64,000 nucleotides of DNA from Candidatus Bathyarchaeum tardum (GCA_024650005.2 CP122380.1:896001-960000); one strand, 5' to 3'. Shown: positions 1 through 14,913, numbered from the stretch's first letter. Numbers and translations: made by a program. Notes: generated by a model from the sequence alone, not told the origin.

Positions 1-15
1 ACCCGGGATAGATTG

Positions 16-330
16 TTATTTGTCTTTGTACATTCGATCTAATGTTATTTTTAGTTGGTTTAGTTCTTCTTCAAGTTTAGTGATTTTAGTTTGCACATTG
101 TTAAGGGCTTCTGTGAATCTTACTTGGTTTTCAAAGGCAGTAATAATGTCGTTTCCATGGTTTTTGAATCCTTTAATCACGAACTCCATGAGAACTAAGA
201 AATCATCGTCCCTTTGCTTTAGTTGACCTCTTGCCCGAAAGCCGTCTAAGAACGCTTTGGCTTTCAGGTACGCTTCTTCGTTTTCTCTTCGAGTCTTTTG
301 CAGCCTTTCAAGTGACGCTTCTTGATCCAT
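16..330 (-). CDS. hypothetical coiled-coil protein
   Basis: 104-aa ORF with natural helical composition and a C-terminal heptad pattern; family not recognised. Confidence 0.6.
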   Translation of the reverse strand: MDQEASLERLQKTRRENEEAYLKAKAFLDGFRARGQLKQRDDDFLVLMEFVIKGFKNHGNDIITAFENQVRFTEALNNVQTKITKLEEELNQLKITLDRMYKDK

Positions 331-868
331 GGGGAAACCTCTGTAAACATTTTATTTGTTTTAAGCATTTAATGTTTAAGTTAATTTTTGGAGAGCAAAG
401 CAATCAGCAATTGGATTCCACGTTCATGGATTCTAAGGGATACGAACGTACGGTATGTTTATTAGATTTCAATGCCCTAAAATATAACAGGATTCATTTT
501 CCATTTTGTGGGGGGAAAAGAATTGTCAAATGAAAATCAAAAAGAGAACTTACGCCATAGGATTGCCCTATTAGAAAAAAAGATTTTCAGTCTGACCGGA
601 AATGAACGAACCAAAGCAAGAATAGAATATGAAATGCTTTTGAAAACTTACGGAAAAGAATGTGGATTAGAAGAATCCATCTACCTTATGCGTGCATAAT
701 CGGATTTGTTCATTGTCTGCGAAGTTGTGCAGGTTCAAACTGTTGTCTTAATAAGGAAGTACTGTGTATTATTAATTGTAGAATTCTCAGTGGATTTTGT
801 GAACAATCCAATTAATGTCCCTTATTTTGAGTTTTCTACATAAACAATTCAAATAAAAAGGAGGGGGA

Positions 869-1096
869 GTGAAATTGTCTATGTCTGGTTTTCAGTTTGT
901 AATGTTAGACCGTTTGATTCGTAAATTTGCAAAAGTAGATGCAACATCTATAGACAAAGCAGTAACCTTTGAAGAAGCCAATTTGAATGAACAAGAACAA
1001 TATTGGCTTGATTATTTTGCTGGCGCTTTTCTGGGAGCTATAAAAAAAACCAAAAACGGTCGTTACTACATTTCACAAACAACAATTTGTGGTTGA
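869..1096 (+). CDS. small hypothetical protein
   Basis: 75-aa ORF preceded by purine-rich AGGAGGGG. Confidence 0.5.
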   Translation: MKLSMSGFQFVMLDRLIRKFAKVDATSIDKAVTFEEANLNEQEQYWLDYFAGAFLGAIKKTKNGRYYISQTTICG

Positions 1097-1137
1097 TTTC
1101 TAAAAATTAATTAAATTATTTTAAGGAGGCAACATTT

Positions 1138-1281
1138 TTGTCTGAGACTAAAAATGGCTCAAAAAAATCTGACAAAAAATTACAAACATATAATGTTATA
1201 CATTCTACAAGTAAAAAAAGAGCGATAGCTAGAAGAAAACATAGAAAACTTCGGGTTGTTGTGGATAAGCAAACAACCTGA
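1138..1281 (+). CDS. small basic protein, 47 aa (not in ORF track)
   Basis: AAGGAGG SD, then TTG start; translates MSETKNGSKKSDKKLQTYNVIHSTSKKRAIARRKHRKLRVVVDKQTT*. Confidence 0.4.
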   Translation: MSETKNGSKKSDKKLQTYNVIHSTSKKRAIARRKHRKLRVVVDKQTT

Positions 1282-1368
1282 AACTTCAGGTGCTGTTTGC
1301 ATGAACTTTTTCGTCCTTTGTTGGGTGTCCAGAAAATTTCAGAACTTATGCAGAAATCAGCAATTGCA

Positions 1369-1896
1369 TTATTCTGTACACCGCGATTTTTCTGCTAAAT
1401 GTTTGAAGTTAAAAGCTTTAATTATTTGGTCATTATCGAGGTTGACAAGGGCGCTTTTTACGTCGATTAGTAAGTAGCCTAATTCCCTGTTATGTTTTTG
1501 GATGAAATGGTCAAAGTCTTTATAATTTGGATGGAATGAAATCATTAATCCGTCAGAGTCGCATCCTCTGCAATATGAGGCGAAAACTACGTTGTTTTGT
1601 TTATTCATCCATTCTATAACTATATTATGACCTTTTTTTCGTTCTTCGATAGATGACAAGTTTGTTTTGATTTTTACAAAAGTTAAAGCCATTAGTTCAT
1701 ATCCTATTTGAAAAAAATTAGGTATTGCACTGAAACCCTGTATCACACCTTTTTTTACAAGTATTTTCTTTGTTCGGGAAATAGTTGGCTGGGACACTCC
1801 GATGATTTTTCCTAATTCTCTGTCACTTCTGCTAGAATCAATTAACAGTTCATTCAACAAAGAATGCATTTTTTCTTTCTTTTTTCCTTTGGTCAT
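1369..1896 (-). CDS. Lrp/AsnC family transcriptional regulator
   Basis: N-terminal HTH DSSRSDRELGKIIGVSQPTISR, GVIQGFSAIPNF linker, RAM-like C-terminal domain. Confidence 0.85.
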   Translation of the reverse strand: MTKGKKKEKMHSLLNELLIDSSRSDRELGKIIGVSQPTISRTKKILVKKGVIQGFSAIPNFFQIGYELMALTFVKIKTNLSSIEERKKGHNIVIEWMNKQNNVVFASYCRGCDSDGLMISFHPNYKDFDHFIQKHNRELGYLLIDVKSALVNLDNDQIIKAFNFKHLAEKSRCTE

Positions 1897-2118
1897 GATT
1901 TTAAACTTCCTTTGTTAACCCACAGTTTTAGAATCAATACCATACAATGTATTATCAATGTTTTCTGTTCACACCCGAATAAAAAACGTTCTAAAAAACA
2001 AGAAAAACAATTTCAATATTTTCTGGTTTAACTTTAACTGCCTCTAAACCGGATGGATTCACAATTTTTTTTATAAAATTAAAGCAGGACGAAAAAGTCT
2101 TGGGCTGAAAAATTATAT

Positions 2119-2532
2119 ATGTATCTTAATAGAGAAACATGTATTCAAACAACAGTTAGGGGGTGTAATTGTTTGGAAATTACTGAAATTATCTACTTGT
2201 TAGTCAGTATTCTGATAAGTGTTGTTGTAAACTCTTTAGTTGTTTGGTTTGCAGGAAAAAGTATGGTAGGCTCAGACAAAGCAAAATTCAGCGATGCAGT
2301 ATGGATCGTTATTTTGGGCTCCTTAATTGGAGGTGCCCTTAATGCTCTGTTGTCAGGAATCCTTGGAACAATAGTTGTATTGCTCTTGTGGTTATACTTA
2401 ATTAAACACTTCTTTGACTGCGGATGGCTAAAAGCACTAGTAATCGCAATAATTGCCGTAATAATCATGGTAATTGTCGGATTCATAATAGGACTACTTG
2501 TAGGAGTAACACTATTCACAATAGGATTCTAA
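2119..2532 (+). CDS. small integral membrane protein (paralog of 6465..6824)
   Basis: ~4 hydrophobic segments, motif KHFFDCGWLKA; true start probably the TTG near 2173. Confidence 0.75.
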   Translation: MYLNRETCIQTTVRGCNCLEITEIIYLLVSILISVVVNSLVVWFAGKSMVGSDKAKFSDAVWIVILGSLIGGALNALLSGILGTIVVLLLWLYLIKHFFDCGWLKALVIAIIAVIIMVIVGFIIGLLVGVTLFTIGF

Positions 2533-2597
2533 AAAACCAGAATACCTATTATCTCCCTTTTTTCCAATTTTTTATTGAATGTTTCCTAGAAATCATG

Positions 2598-2896
2598 TTG
2601 GTGTGCTGGTCGTAACCCATCTTTTGTTTTTGACGGCATTTAGCTATACGGGCTACCCGCGTCTCTTGCTGAGGTCAACAACGCCTATTCGCCCTTTCAC
2701 CCTGCAGGACAGCCGTTTCACCGTTTCCAGGCGCATTATCAGCGACTTAGCACGCATCATCTTTAACTGCGACTGGACGTTTCGTTTCTGCTCTGTAGCC
2801 AAGGCTCTCGCCTTACATCTTTGCAGATGTTGCAGTTCAGCATGGTGGATGGAGTTTCCTCAGACCGAAATCCGAAGCCGTCCGCCAGCTCACCAA
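2598..2896 (-). ncRNA. rnpB: RNase P RNA
   Basis: Minus strand has GAGGAAACTCC near the 5' end and ACAAAAGATGGGTTA near the 3' end (P4 elements), GGTGAAACGG, and complementary termini (P1). Confidence 0.92.
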
Positions 2897-3109
2897 CAAT
2901 AAAACAGTACAGGGGGCGCTTAGGGATAAAAATTCCTATGTTTAAAAGTGCCCAAAATCCATAATAGCAATGCTTATATTTTCCAACTTATGTGTAAGGT
3001 AGTTGGCGGTCAAAAATCGGACTCCGATTAGATCGCCACAATTCACACGCACCTCCTGACCTAACCCGTTAGGAGCTAAGGGTGGAGTGAGCTACTATTT
3101 GCTCGCAGT

Positions 3110-6342
<3,233 letters not shown>

Positions 6343-6464
6343 TTTGCATAGCTCAATTTTTTGTTCAGCATGGTTTTTTGTTTTTGACTATTGTCTATAG
6401 CAAAGCATAAAAACAAATTATGTCAAACCAATTGTTTACAAATTAAACAAAAGGAGGAAATGTT

Positions 6465-6824
6465 TTGGCTCTTAATTTGGATACATTGTTGATTCAAATT
6501 ATTGTTAACATTGTAGTTATGGCTCCAGTTCTTTGGCTTTCTGGAAGATTCTTAGCTGGAAAAAAGAACGCCAAGTTTGTTGACGCCATTTGGATTGTTG
6601 TTTTGGGCACTGTTATAAGCACAGTTTTCAACGCTTTGTTTGACGGAATCATTGCATCTATAATCTTGTTAGTGTTGTTGCTTGGTTTAGTAAAACACTT
6701 CTTTGATTGTAGTTGGTTGAAAGCTTTTGCTATAGCCTTGTTTGCAGTGATTATCTTTGCAGTAATAATTGCCTTACTTGCGGTTATTGGAATCGGCATC
6801 GGGCTAAGTTTGTGGCTACTCTAA
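6465..6824 (+). CDS. small integral membrane protein (paralog of 2119..2532)
   Basis: AGGAGG SD; motifs AKFVDAIWIVVLG and KHFFDCSWLKA. Confidence 0.8.
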   Translation: MALNLDTLLIQIIVNIVVMAPVLWLSGRFLAGKKNAKFVDAIWIVVLGTVISTVFNALFDGIIASIILLVLLLGLVKHFFDCSWLKAFAIALFAVIIFAVIIALLAVIGIGIGLSLWLL

Positions 6825-7006
6825 GCCTTTAGCTCTTTTCTCCCTTTTTTATTGCCTTAGTCCCTTCTGCAATGCAGACCTTTCTATGATTTCTCCTTTG
6901 ACGATAGCCATGGGCAACGTAAAAACTATGATGTTGCTTTGGTCATGACTTGTTGTCGGGAACTTTCCAAATTGATGATTTTTTTGTTTTGTTTGAACTT
7001 GATGAT

Positions 7007-8125
7007 TTATGGAATTATTTCACAACTGTTGTATTTTAAATGTTCAAAATCTGAAAGGTTGATTGTCTTGTTATCAATTAGTTGCTGGATTTGGGGTAAC
7101 GAATCTTTTAACGTGTTGATTTGGTTCTGGACGGTGTTACATATTAAATCGTATGCTTTGTCAGTCCACTGTTTAGTTACGTTAGCGTAAAGACAGCGTC
7201 CCCCACATTCTTCATAGATTTCACAATCTGTGCACGGTTGTTTAACATAGATTTGAGGAAGTTTTAATGGATGCGTGTCTTTGATGTGTCCTAAGTAGTA
7301 GTCTTTCATTCCGCTCATTGCTGGGCAGGGTATGATGTGTCCGTCTGTTTGTATGCTATAGTTGCTCCAGCCTGAGCCGCATCTTAGAAGGCTTGTTTCT
7401 TGAACAAGAAGGGAATGCATCACTCCCAAAAGGGGATAAAGCTTCAATACTTTGCGTTTTGTTTCCATTTTGTTAACCCAGTATTTTATCAGTTTTCTGA
7501 GTTGGGGATTGTAGCTGTTTTCGGTCCATTTTTTGAAGTCCCGTTTATGGAAATCGTTTTTCCAAAATCCTGCATCAAGTTGCCAATGAACTGAACTAAA
7601 AGAGTAATCAGGATTGTTTAAGAGCCATCTAACGTTTTCGTAAATGTCTGTTTGTTCCATGAGGGTCATCCGGGCAATTATTTCCCCTTCAAAGCCGTTA
7701 TTTGTGATATTTTTGATATTTTCGATTGCTTTTTTGTAGACGCCTTTTCCCCTGTAGTAATCTGTTAGTTTTTCTTTGCCATCCAATGAAACAAAAATTG
7801 TATTTAATCTATTCACGTATTCTGGTTCAAGTTTGTGTAAATGTAAACCATTAGTTTGGATGTTAAACTGTTTAGCTGGTACCTTGTCCATTATCTGTTT
7901 CATATTGTCGATGCATAACATTGGTTCGCCGCCATAAAAAATCAGAACTGCTTTTTTGTCTTTTTCAATGAACTTTGTTAACTGGTTAATGTCATAATTG
8001 ATTTCAGCAGGGACATCATAATCTACGTCAAAATCAAATTCTGTATCCATGTCATCACATGATTTACCGTAGCAGTATTTGCATTGCAAGTCACAGTTTG
8101 TTGTTAATAACAAATGAAAAAACAA
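7007..8125 (-). CDS. radical SAM/SPASM protein (archaeal AF_0577/TIGR04084-like)
   Basis: CDLQCKYC, FYGGEP, SPASM cysteines CGSG..PCP..C.DC..YEECGGRC, C-terminal YNSCEIIP. Confidence 0.85.
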   Translation of the reverse strand: MFFHLLLTTNCDLQCKYCYGKSCDDMDTEFDFDVDYDVPAEINYDINQLTKFIEKDKKAVLIFYGGEPMLCIDNMKQIMDKVPAKQFNIQTNGLHLHKLEPEYVNRLNTIFVSLDGKEKLTDYYRGKGVYKKAIENIKNITNNGFEGEIIARMTLMEQTDIYENVRWLLNNPDYSFSSVHWQLDAGFWKNDFHKRDFKKWTENSYNPQLRKLIKYWVNKMETKRKVLKLYPLLGVMHSLLVQETSLLRCGSGWSNYSIQTDGHIIPCPAMSGMKDYYLGHIKDTHPLKLPQIYVKQPCTDCEIYEECGGRCLYANVTKQWTDKAYDLICNTVQNQINTLKDSLPQIQQLIDNKTINLSDFEHLKYNSCEIIP

Positions 8126-8273
8126 CCCGACCTCTCCAGACTACATTTACTTGGTTCAACACTTCGCACTGGTAACCCTTTCTTTACAAAAAAATTTTCC
8201 TCTTATGCAAAATGTAATTTTGAAATATTTTTTTACGGAAAATCTAAAAAAGGAAGACTTCTGATTTTGGATT

Positions 8274-9302
8274 GTGCAAACTAAAATCAAGCCTCTTTTC
8301 AAAAGTTTTTTGCGTTCACGAACTCATGCATTGTTGAACCGAACTTCAGTCAGTCCGTGGTTTGTTCATTTTGAATGCACGTATCGTTGTAACATGAAAT
8401 GCACTTTTTGCAATGTTTGGAGAAAAAGCCCTGATATCATCGAGGCGACAACTTCTAAGCTTAAACAGCGTTTGTTTGAATGCTGGGACTTGGGTTGTTT
8501 AGTTGCAAGTTTTACTGGTGGCGAACCGTTATTACGTAGCGATCTGGGGCAGTTACTAAAGTTTTCAAATAGCAACTTGGGCTTATTCACTGGTTTAGTT
8601 ACTAACGGGTTATTATTAAACAAAAAAGTTGATGACCTTTCAAAATACACCGATTTTTTGGCTGTTTCCTTTGATGTTAACAATAAAGAAATCTTCAACC
8701 AAACACGGGGGGTGGATGCTTTTGATGCCGTCAAAAACAACATTAAATATGCTAAAAAGTTGGGGATAGAACTTGACTTGTTTTCTGTTATAACTCGTGA
8801 AACTTTCGAGTTCATTGATGATACTCTTGAGTTTGCAAAATCTCTTGAGTTGCCCATCCATTTCTCTCCTGTCGATAATGTTCCCCGAGGATCCGTCGAT
8901 GAAGCCTGTGCTGAAGACTTGAAAATCCTTGAAAACAGTTTGGTTCTAAAAAAATTAGCTGAAGAAAAAAAGAACTACAGTAAAATCTATTTCGAAAGCG
9001 ACTATTTCCGTTTTCAATCTCTTGGTGGATTCCGGAACGTTATTGGCTGTTCATCAGCTTCAACTACGGTTGCCTTAAAACCGGATTCTTCAGTTGCTTT
9101 GCCCTGTCCCTTTTTCACTTTGATGAAAATCGATACAGATGAAAACTTGAAATCAAGTTTATGTTCTGAAAAAGCAAAAAACATAATTGAAAACTGTGGA
9201 AATTGGGATTTTTGCAAAAACTGTTCAATTAATTGTATGTATGTTGCATCGTTGCTTAAGCATCCCTATTTTTTGATTCGATGGGCAAAAAACAAACTTT
9301 GA
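8274..9302 (+). CDS. radical SAM protein with SPASM/twitch-like C-terminus
   Basis: CNMKCTFC, FTGGEPLLR, C-terminal CKNCSINC. Confidence 0.85.
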   Translation: MQTKIKPLFKSFLRSRTHALLNRTSVSPWFVHFECTYRCNMKCTFCNVWRKSPDIIEATTSKLKQRLFECWDLGCLVASFTGGEPLLRSDLGQLLKFSNSNLGLFTGLVTNGLLLNKKVDDLSKYTDFLAVSFDVNNKEIFNQTRGVDAFDAVKNNIKYAKKLGIELDLFSVITRETFEFIDDTLEFAKSLELPIHFSPVDNVPRGSVDEACAEDLKILENSLVLKKLAEEKKNYSKIYFESDYFRFQSLGGFRNVIGCSSASTTVALKPDSSVALPCPFFTLMKIDTDENLKSSLCSEKAKNIIENCGNWDFCKNCSINCMYVASLLKHPYFLIRWAKNKL

Positions 9303-9360
9303 AAACATTTTTTTGTTTTGGTTTTATCAAAAGTTAATTAAATTAGATTGATTTAGTAAA

Positions 9361-9906
9361 TTGGGGATTCATTTCTTGTCTGAACGGGAAACAATCGACA
9401 AAGTAAAAGATAAGCAGGGCATTTTTTCCAAGATTCAAAACTTTTTCACCTTAGGTTACGGAACCAAAGAAGACCTCCGTGAATTAGACAAAAAACTCAG
9501 AGATCTTTACTACGTGTGTCTTCGAGACATGCGCCATACTTGGGAAGACATTTATTTAGCAGCCATGGATGCTGGGGCTGCACAAAGCCGAGACTACAAG
9601 AAAATAATTCAAGTTTTAGATCGGGTCACTGAAAAAGTTCACCACGCAGATTACGGTTACGCTGGTTTATACGACCGGAAAGGGCATATTCGAGAAAACG
9701 AGTTGGCTGGAGTTTTCAATTTTGATAAACAGTTTTTCAATGATTTGGATACTTTGAAAAATGCAGTAACCAAAACCCAGAATGAAGTTGATGCAGAAAA
9801 CTGGGAGACAGTGTCTACTGAAGTGAAAAATGTTAAGACTTTATTACTTGCTTTTGAAGATAAATGGACTGAACGAGAAAATCAGTTCAGGCCTTTAAAA
9901 CTATAG
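9361..9906 (+). CDS. helical hypothetical protein, co-transcribed with SPFH gene
   Basis: 181-aa ORF, GYG..EDLRE.D..LR and ADYGYAG motifs, 14-nt gap to the next gene. Confidence 0.75.
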   Translation: MGIHFLSERETIDKVKDKQGIFSKIQNFFTLGYGTKEDLRELDKKLRDLYYVCLRDMRHTWEDIYLAAMDAGAAQSRDYKKIIQVLDRVTEKVHHADYGYAGLYDRKGHIRENELAGVFNFDKQFFNDLDTLKNAVTKTQNEVDAENWETVSTEVKNVKTLLLAFEDKWTERENQFRPLKL

Positions 9907-9920
9907 GATGGTTTATTGAA

Positions 9921-10991
9921 ATGCCAATAATAGAAAAAGTTGCATGGGATTTTGCTGGAGACGAAGATATTGCATATCGTTTCCCTAATCTTTCCCTAAA
10001 ATACGGAAGTCAAATGATCGTCAAAGAAAACCAATGGGCAGTGTTTTTCCGTGACGGCAAAGCATACGACGTTTTTGGTCCTGGACGACACACCATCACA
10101 AGCAACAATATTCCTTTGTTAACTGGTGCTTTGAAGGCTCTTCGTATAATCGGGGATGTTTTCAGTTGTGAAGTAGTTTATGTAAGTAACAGCCAATTCA
10201 GAGGAAAATTTGGCGGACAAGCCTACTCTGCCCCAAGTGGAGCCATACAATATCAAGCAGAACTTGGATACTATGGTTACCTTCTCTACAAAATCGAAGA
10301 TCCCAAATTATTTGTTATCGAATTTTTTGGCAACAAAGGCGCAAGCACATCAACTGACATTGAAAACTATATCCGTGGATTCATAAATGAACGGGTAATA
10401 GACGAGTTCGCTAATCATGACATCTTCAATGTAGTCAAAAACGTGGACGAAACTACTGACAAAGTTTCGTTGATCATAAAAGATGAAGCAGCACGCATTG
10501 GACTAAAAATCATAGACACAGTTTTTGAAGGCGTTAAAATCCCTGAAGAAGCCCGACGTTTTGCAACAACCATGGGGCAACAAGCCATGACCATGCAATA
10601 CATGAAAGAAACAACTGCAGAACTCCCTGAAGGCGGTGGAGCTGCTGGCGCTGGAGTAGGTGCAGGAATCGGAATTGCTCTGGGGAATACTCTCGGTAAG
10701 GCAATGCAGCCTTCTCAAAGTAGTGGTGGAGCACAACAAGTGCTATTGTGTCCAAACTGTGGCAGCCAAAACAACGTCGGTGCCAAATTCTGCGGAAACT
10801 GTGGAAAAAGCTTAGCCCCCGTAGCCAAGATTATTTGCCCAAAATGTGGAGCAGCCATGCCTGAATCAATGAAATTCTGTGGCAACTGTGGATCCCCAAT
10901 GAAACCAAAAAAAATTAACTGCCCAAAATGTAACACAGAAAACCTGTCCACAAACAAATTCTGCGGAAACTGCGGCAACAAGCTGGAGTAA
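9921..10991 (+). CDS. SPFH/band-7 domain protein with C-terminal zinc ribbons
   Basis: SQMIVKENQWAVFFRDGK..FGPGRHT, Gly/Ala linker, three CPxC...KFCGNCG ribbons. Confidence 0.9.
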   Translation: MPIIEKVAWDFAGDEDIAYRFPNLSLKYGSQMIVKENQWAVFFRDGKAYDVFGPGRHTITSNNIPLLTGALKALRIIGDVFSCEVVYVSNSQFRGKFGGQAYSAPSGAIQYQAELGYYGYLLYKIEDPKLFVIEFFGNKGASTSTDIENYIRGFINERVIDEFANHDIFNVVKNVDETTDKVSLIIKDEAARIGLKIIDTVFEGVKIPEEARRFATTMGQQAMTMQYMKETTAELPEGGGAAGAGVGAGIGIALGNTLGKAMQPSQSSGGAQQVLLCPNCGSQNNVGAKFCGNCGKSLAPVAKIICPKCGAAMPESMKFCGNCGSPMKPKKINCPKCNTENLSTNKFCGNCGNKLE

Positions 10992-11163
10992 TGCCTTTTT
11001 ACCTACCTGTGCTTACACATATCCACATTTCGTTCATTAATGGAAATGGTTAAATTTTAACCCCAAATAATAAATTCATTATAATTATTTTAAGAATAAT
11101 AGGCAATACAATCAAACTATGTAGTGCATCAGAGAATGGGGGATTTTAGGAGGGATTGGGGAG

Positions 11164-12039
11164 TTGTTTTTTATGAATTTTATTCAGCGTAATTTTTTTT
11201 GGCTTTTAATTAGTTTAACGTCCTTGTTTGTGTGGATTATTCGTTGGATTCCTGAAAGTTTTATTCGATTTTATAATATTGTTTTCATTTCTTGGGATTA
11301 TTACCCCCGAGTGCTGGTTAGGGGTTCAATGTATACAGTTGCTGCAATTGGGATGGTTTCCCGTTTGTTAGCTGTGTTATTAGCGATGTTAATTATCTAT
11401 CTTGTTTGGAAAGGTAAACTAAGTTCAAATTCAGCGACAAAATTTTTGGGAACTTCAATTGTTCTTGAAGGTGTATATTTTGCTTCGTTGATTCCATCGA
11501 TATTTTATTTGTTTGCTTTAGGAGCCACTAGAAATTCGTTGTTTTATTCCACTTTTGGGGTGGGTTATTTTTTGCAAGTTATTCTTACGGTTCCTTTTCT
11601 TTGGTTTTTGGGCATAAGCATTTATAGGAATAAGTTTGGTTACCGTCATTTTCAATCGTATAAATTGTTAGGCATTACTTTTTTTGGGTATATTGGTGCA
11701 TTATGGGCAAATTCAGTTTTCCATTGGTTTGGTTTAATGTTAACTGAAGGGATATCAGTTCTTTGGAATAGTTCTAGTAGTATTCTTGCTTTTAATACCC
11801 TTATTGTTATGAGTTTAGCTTTTATTTTCGCATTTTTTGGGGGTTTAGATATTTCAAAAAAGAGATTTGAATCAAAATGGGTAGGTGCAGCTTTAACTTC
11901 AGTGGGATTGCATTTTCTAATATATTTGATTTATCAATTCTTAACTGATTCATTAATTTCAGTTTGGCTCACTGATATTTGGGCTATCGGATTGCTAGCC
12001 TTGGGGTTAGCCATTCTTAAATCAAAAACATCCAAGTAA
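11164..12039 (+). CDS. polytopic membrane protein
   Basis: ~8 hydrophobic segments. Confidence 0.7.
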   Translation: MFFMNFIQRNFFWLLISLTSLFVWIIRWIPESFIRFYNIVFISWDYYPRVLVRGSMYTVAAIGMVSRLLAVLLAMLIIYLVWKGKLSSNSATKFLGTSIVLEGVYFASLIPSIFYLFALGATRNSLFYSTFGVGYFLQVILTVPFLWFLGISIYRNKFGYRHFQSYKLLGITFFGYIGALWANSVFHWFGLMLTEGISVLWNSSSSILAFNTLIVMSLAFIFAFFGGLDISKKRFESKWVGAALTSVGLHFLIYLIYQFLTDSLISVWLTDIWAIGLLALGLAILKSKTSK

Positions 12040-12625
12040 TTTTTATGAAGACTATCTTTTCTTAAATTTAGTTGCTCTTTCAAGCAAAGAATCATCTGTC
12101 AAATAATGGTAAACATCCTGAAGTAATTGAGGAGTTAGCGTCGCTGGACTAGACTTTTTAAGAACAAAGGATTCAGTTTATTTTGGTAGTGACCTGAAGA
12201 ATGATAAACGATTTAACTTGTTATACTATGGATTGCCCGAACAATTTTAAAAATGAATGCAATAAGCGAGGAGTTTCTAAAGCAAAATACTGCAAGGATT
12301 ACACTGGATTAAATATTGAAGAATAGAGTGCTAATATTTAGAAAATGATTGTTTAGCTTATATTAACACTTACAAATGCAAGTGAGATAACGTAAAATTA
12401 GTTCTTAATTGGCTAATTCATTATCTCACAATTGTGGAATTTTTTTGTTATAGTATTTGGTTTTGTGTATTGTCATAAGAAGGGTAGATATGAAGGATAA
12501 AAGAGGAAAAAAGGTTAAAATTTAACTAAGAAAAGGAGGGATTGTGAGATTTTCTGTGGTTGAGATCAACATGCTCACATGTGCTTAAGCTTAACTACGC
12601 CGTCACGAATGCATACATATGTCGA

Positions 12626-14080
12626 TTATTGTCCTTTTACACCTTTGGCGATGCGGTCTCCAATTTCCTTATCGATATTACGCCAGTATTCAAGGGCACG
12701 CTGCAGTACGGGTTCCGATACGCCGTTTTTTAAATGACCTACTACATTGGACACTAACAGATCACGTTTTTCATCGTCCATAACTTTACGTACCAAGGTG
12801 CCTGGCTGGATGAAATCATCATCGTCCTTACGTTTGGTGTACGCTGCACGGACAAATTCACCGCTGGCACTCCATATAGTTTCTTCTGGATAACGATCAG
12901 AGTCAGCCTTGGGACCTCCCTTTGAGTTGGGAGCATAAACAGGATCGGATACCTTGTTAATCCGCATAGTCCCGCCTTTGCTATAGCTGTACACTGGTAC
13001 TTTAGGTCGGTTGACTGGAATTTGCTTGTAATTAACCCCTAGGCGAGCTCGGTGGGCATCAGCGTAGGAAATTAGACGAGCCAAGAGCATTTTGTCAGGG
13101 CTCGGACCGATTCCAGGGACGAAGTTGTTAGGCTCGAAAGCAGCCTGTTCAATTTCAGAGTGAAAATCGCTAGGATTTCGGTTCAGGGTCAGCTTGCCCA
13201 CTTCATGCACCGGGTAGTCTCCATGGGGCCACACCTTAGTCAGGTCGAAGGGGTTAAATCGGTAAGTTTCCGACTCTTTGAAGGGCATGATCTGAACTTT
13301 TAGTGTCCAACTAGGATAATCCCCTCGTTTGATCGCTTCAAACAGATCACGGCGGTGGTAGTCAGCATCAACACCAGCAATCCGGTCGGCTTCTTCTTGG
13401 GTCAGGTTGTCGATTCCCTGGTTTGTCTTGAAATGATACTTCACCCAATAGCGTTCGCCTTTTGTGTTGACCCACATATAGGTGTGGCTCGAATAGCCGT
13501 TCATGTACCGATAGCCTCTGGGGACTCCACGATCGCTCATCAAGATGGTGACCTGATGGGCTGACTCGGGCGAAAGCGTCCAGAAGTCCCATTGCATGTC
13601 GTTATCCCGCAGACCGTTGTCCGCACGGCGCTTCTGGGAGTGGATGAAATGCTGAAATTTCATAGGATCCCGCACGAAAAAAACAGGGGTATTGTTTCCC
13701 ACCATGTCATAATTGCCCTCTGTGGTGTAAAACTTCAGCGCAAAGCCGCGCACATCACGCCAGGTATCTGGACTGCCACTCTCACCTGCCACAGTAGAGA
13801 ACCGCGCCAGAACCTCGGTTTTGGTACCCGGTTGGAACACAGCCGCCTTTGTATAAGCACTGACGTCCTTGGTAACCTCAAAGTATCCAAAGGCCCCGGA
13901 ACCCTTTGCGTGTGGTTGGCGATCTGGAATCATTTCCCTGTTAAAATTTGCCATTTGTTCCATAAGGTAATGATCATGTAGCAGAATTGGTCCATCAGGT
14001 CCCACAGTAAGCGAAAACTCTTGGCTGGCAACTGGGATGCCAGCATCTGTTGTTGTGGATTTTCCTTCTTCTTTTTTCAT
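12626..14080 (-). CDS. katA: monofunctional heme catalase
   Basis: [20 protein letters not shown] (distal His), [22 protein letters not shown] (proximal Tyr). Confidence 0.95.
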   Translation of the reverse strand: MKKEEGKSTTTDAGIPVASQEFSLTVGPDGPILLHDHYLMEQMANFNREMIPDRQPHAKGSGAFGYFEVTKDVSAYTKAAVFQPGTKTEVLARFSTVAGESGSPDTWRDVRGFALKFYTTEGNYDMVGNNTPVFFVRDPMKFQHFIHSQKRRADNGLRDNDMQWDFWTLSPESAHQVTILMSDRGVPRGYRYMNGYSSHTYMWVNTKGERYWVKYHFKTNQGIDNLTQEEADRIAGVDADYHRRDLFEAIKRGDYPSWTLKVQIMPFKESETYRFNPFDLTKVWPHGDYPVHEVGKLTLNRNPSDFHSEIEQAAFEPNNFVPGIGPSPDKMLLARLISYADAHRARLGVNYKQIPVNRPKVPVYSYSKGGTMRINKVSDPVYAPNSKGGPKADSDRYPEETIWSASGEFVRAAYTKRKDDDDFIQPGTLVRKVMDDEKRDLLVSNVVGHLKNGVSEPVLQRALEYWRNIDKEIGDRIAKGVKGQ

Positions 14081-14751
14081 AATAACAAAACCTTATACAT
14101 ACTCATTATGTGTGGTTGTTGATTATTAATTTTTTTATATTTGTCTTTCAACATGCCTTTTTACAGGAAAAATGGAATGTTGATTCGGATGCCTGAACAA
14201 ATTTCACAATGATAAAATGAGTAATGAGATTTATAATCTCATCTCTGTTGCTTTCCTGCTTTGCTTGTGGTTTTGCATCCAGTACGGCCACTGTTCAGGC
14301 GTTGTCTTTTGCATGAACCATTTCCGTTTGGGTTTACTATTTGTTATTTGATATCTCCTCACTCTGATTGTGAACCATTTCTTTTTGTTTATACCTCTTG
14401 CAGTTTATATTACTGAATTTCCAATTTCTAAGCGAATGATCCGGGTCTTTGATTCATCGTTTGGCGGGGTCGGCTGTTATCTCCTCAGTTAAAGGAGATA
14501 CAGTTATCGTTAGTAACAAAATTTGGAAAATAGGAACTGGATATCATGGATGTTTTTGTATGGAGAGCATTCTGGAAGTTTCAAAGAAAATCTAAAATGA
14601 ACTGAGATTTAAAATGGAAAAATGACAAAATTAATTCACTCTATGCTGAAAGGCTACCAACTATATCTGCAGAACTTGATGAAACAAAATATAAAGAAAA
14701 ATGTCAATTTTTTTAATTGCACATAAATTTATTAAAATTAAAGTTTACATT

Positions 14752-14913
14752 ATGTGCTTGGAGGCAACCAGAGTGCAACCACAGCACATACCAACTTTAG
14801 AAAATGAAGATGCTAAGAAGTTCATAAAGCAAGACAAAAAACCTTTGAGTAAAGCGCAGATTGAACATCTAAAACATTGTTTAGAAATTTACAATAAAAA
14901 TCCTATAAAGTAG
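14752..14913 (+). CDS. small protein, possibly an orphan antitoxin
   Basis: PTLENEDAKKFI resembles small archaeal proteins found upstream of GNAT toxins; no intact partner follows. Confidence 0.3.
   Translation: MCLEATRVQPQHIPTLENEDAKKFIKQDKKPLSKAQIEHLKHCLEIYNKNPIK

Noticed and set aside
2579-2902. 107-aa plus-strand ORF
   Set aside because: Antisense of the RNase P RNA
3050-3057. CACCTCCT, matching the 16S rRNA 3' end, upstream of the 23S
   Set aside because: Only 8 nt with no helix 44/45 sequence upstream; fits the leader hairpins, so not called a 16S remnant
14160-14700. Hydrophobic ORF fragments upstream of catalase
   Set aside because: Multiple stops and no recognisable family; too weak to call
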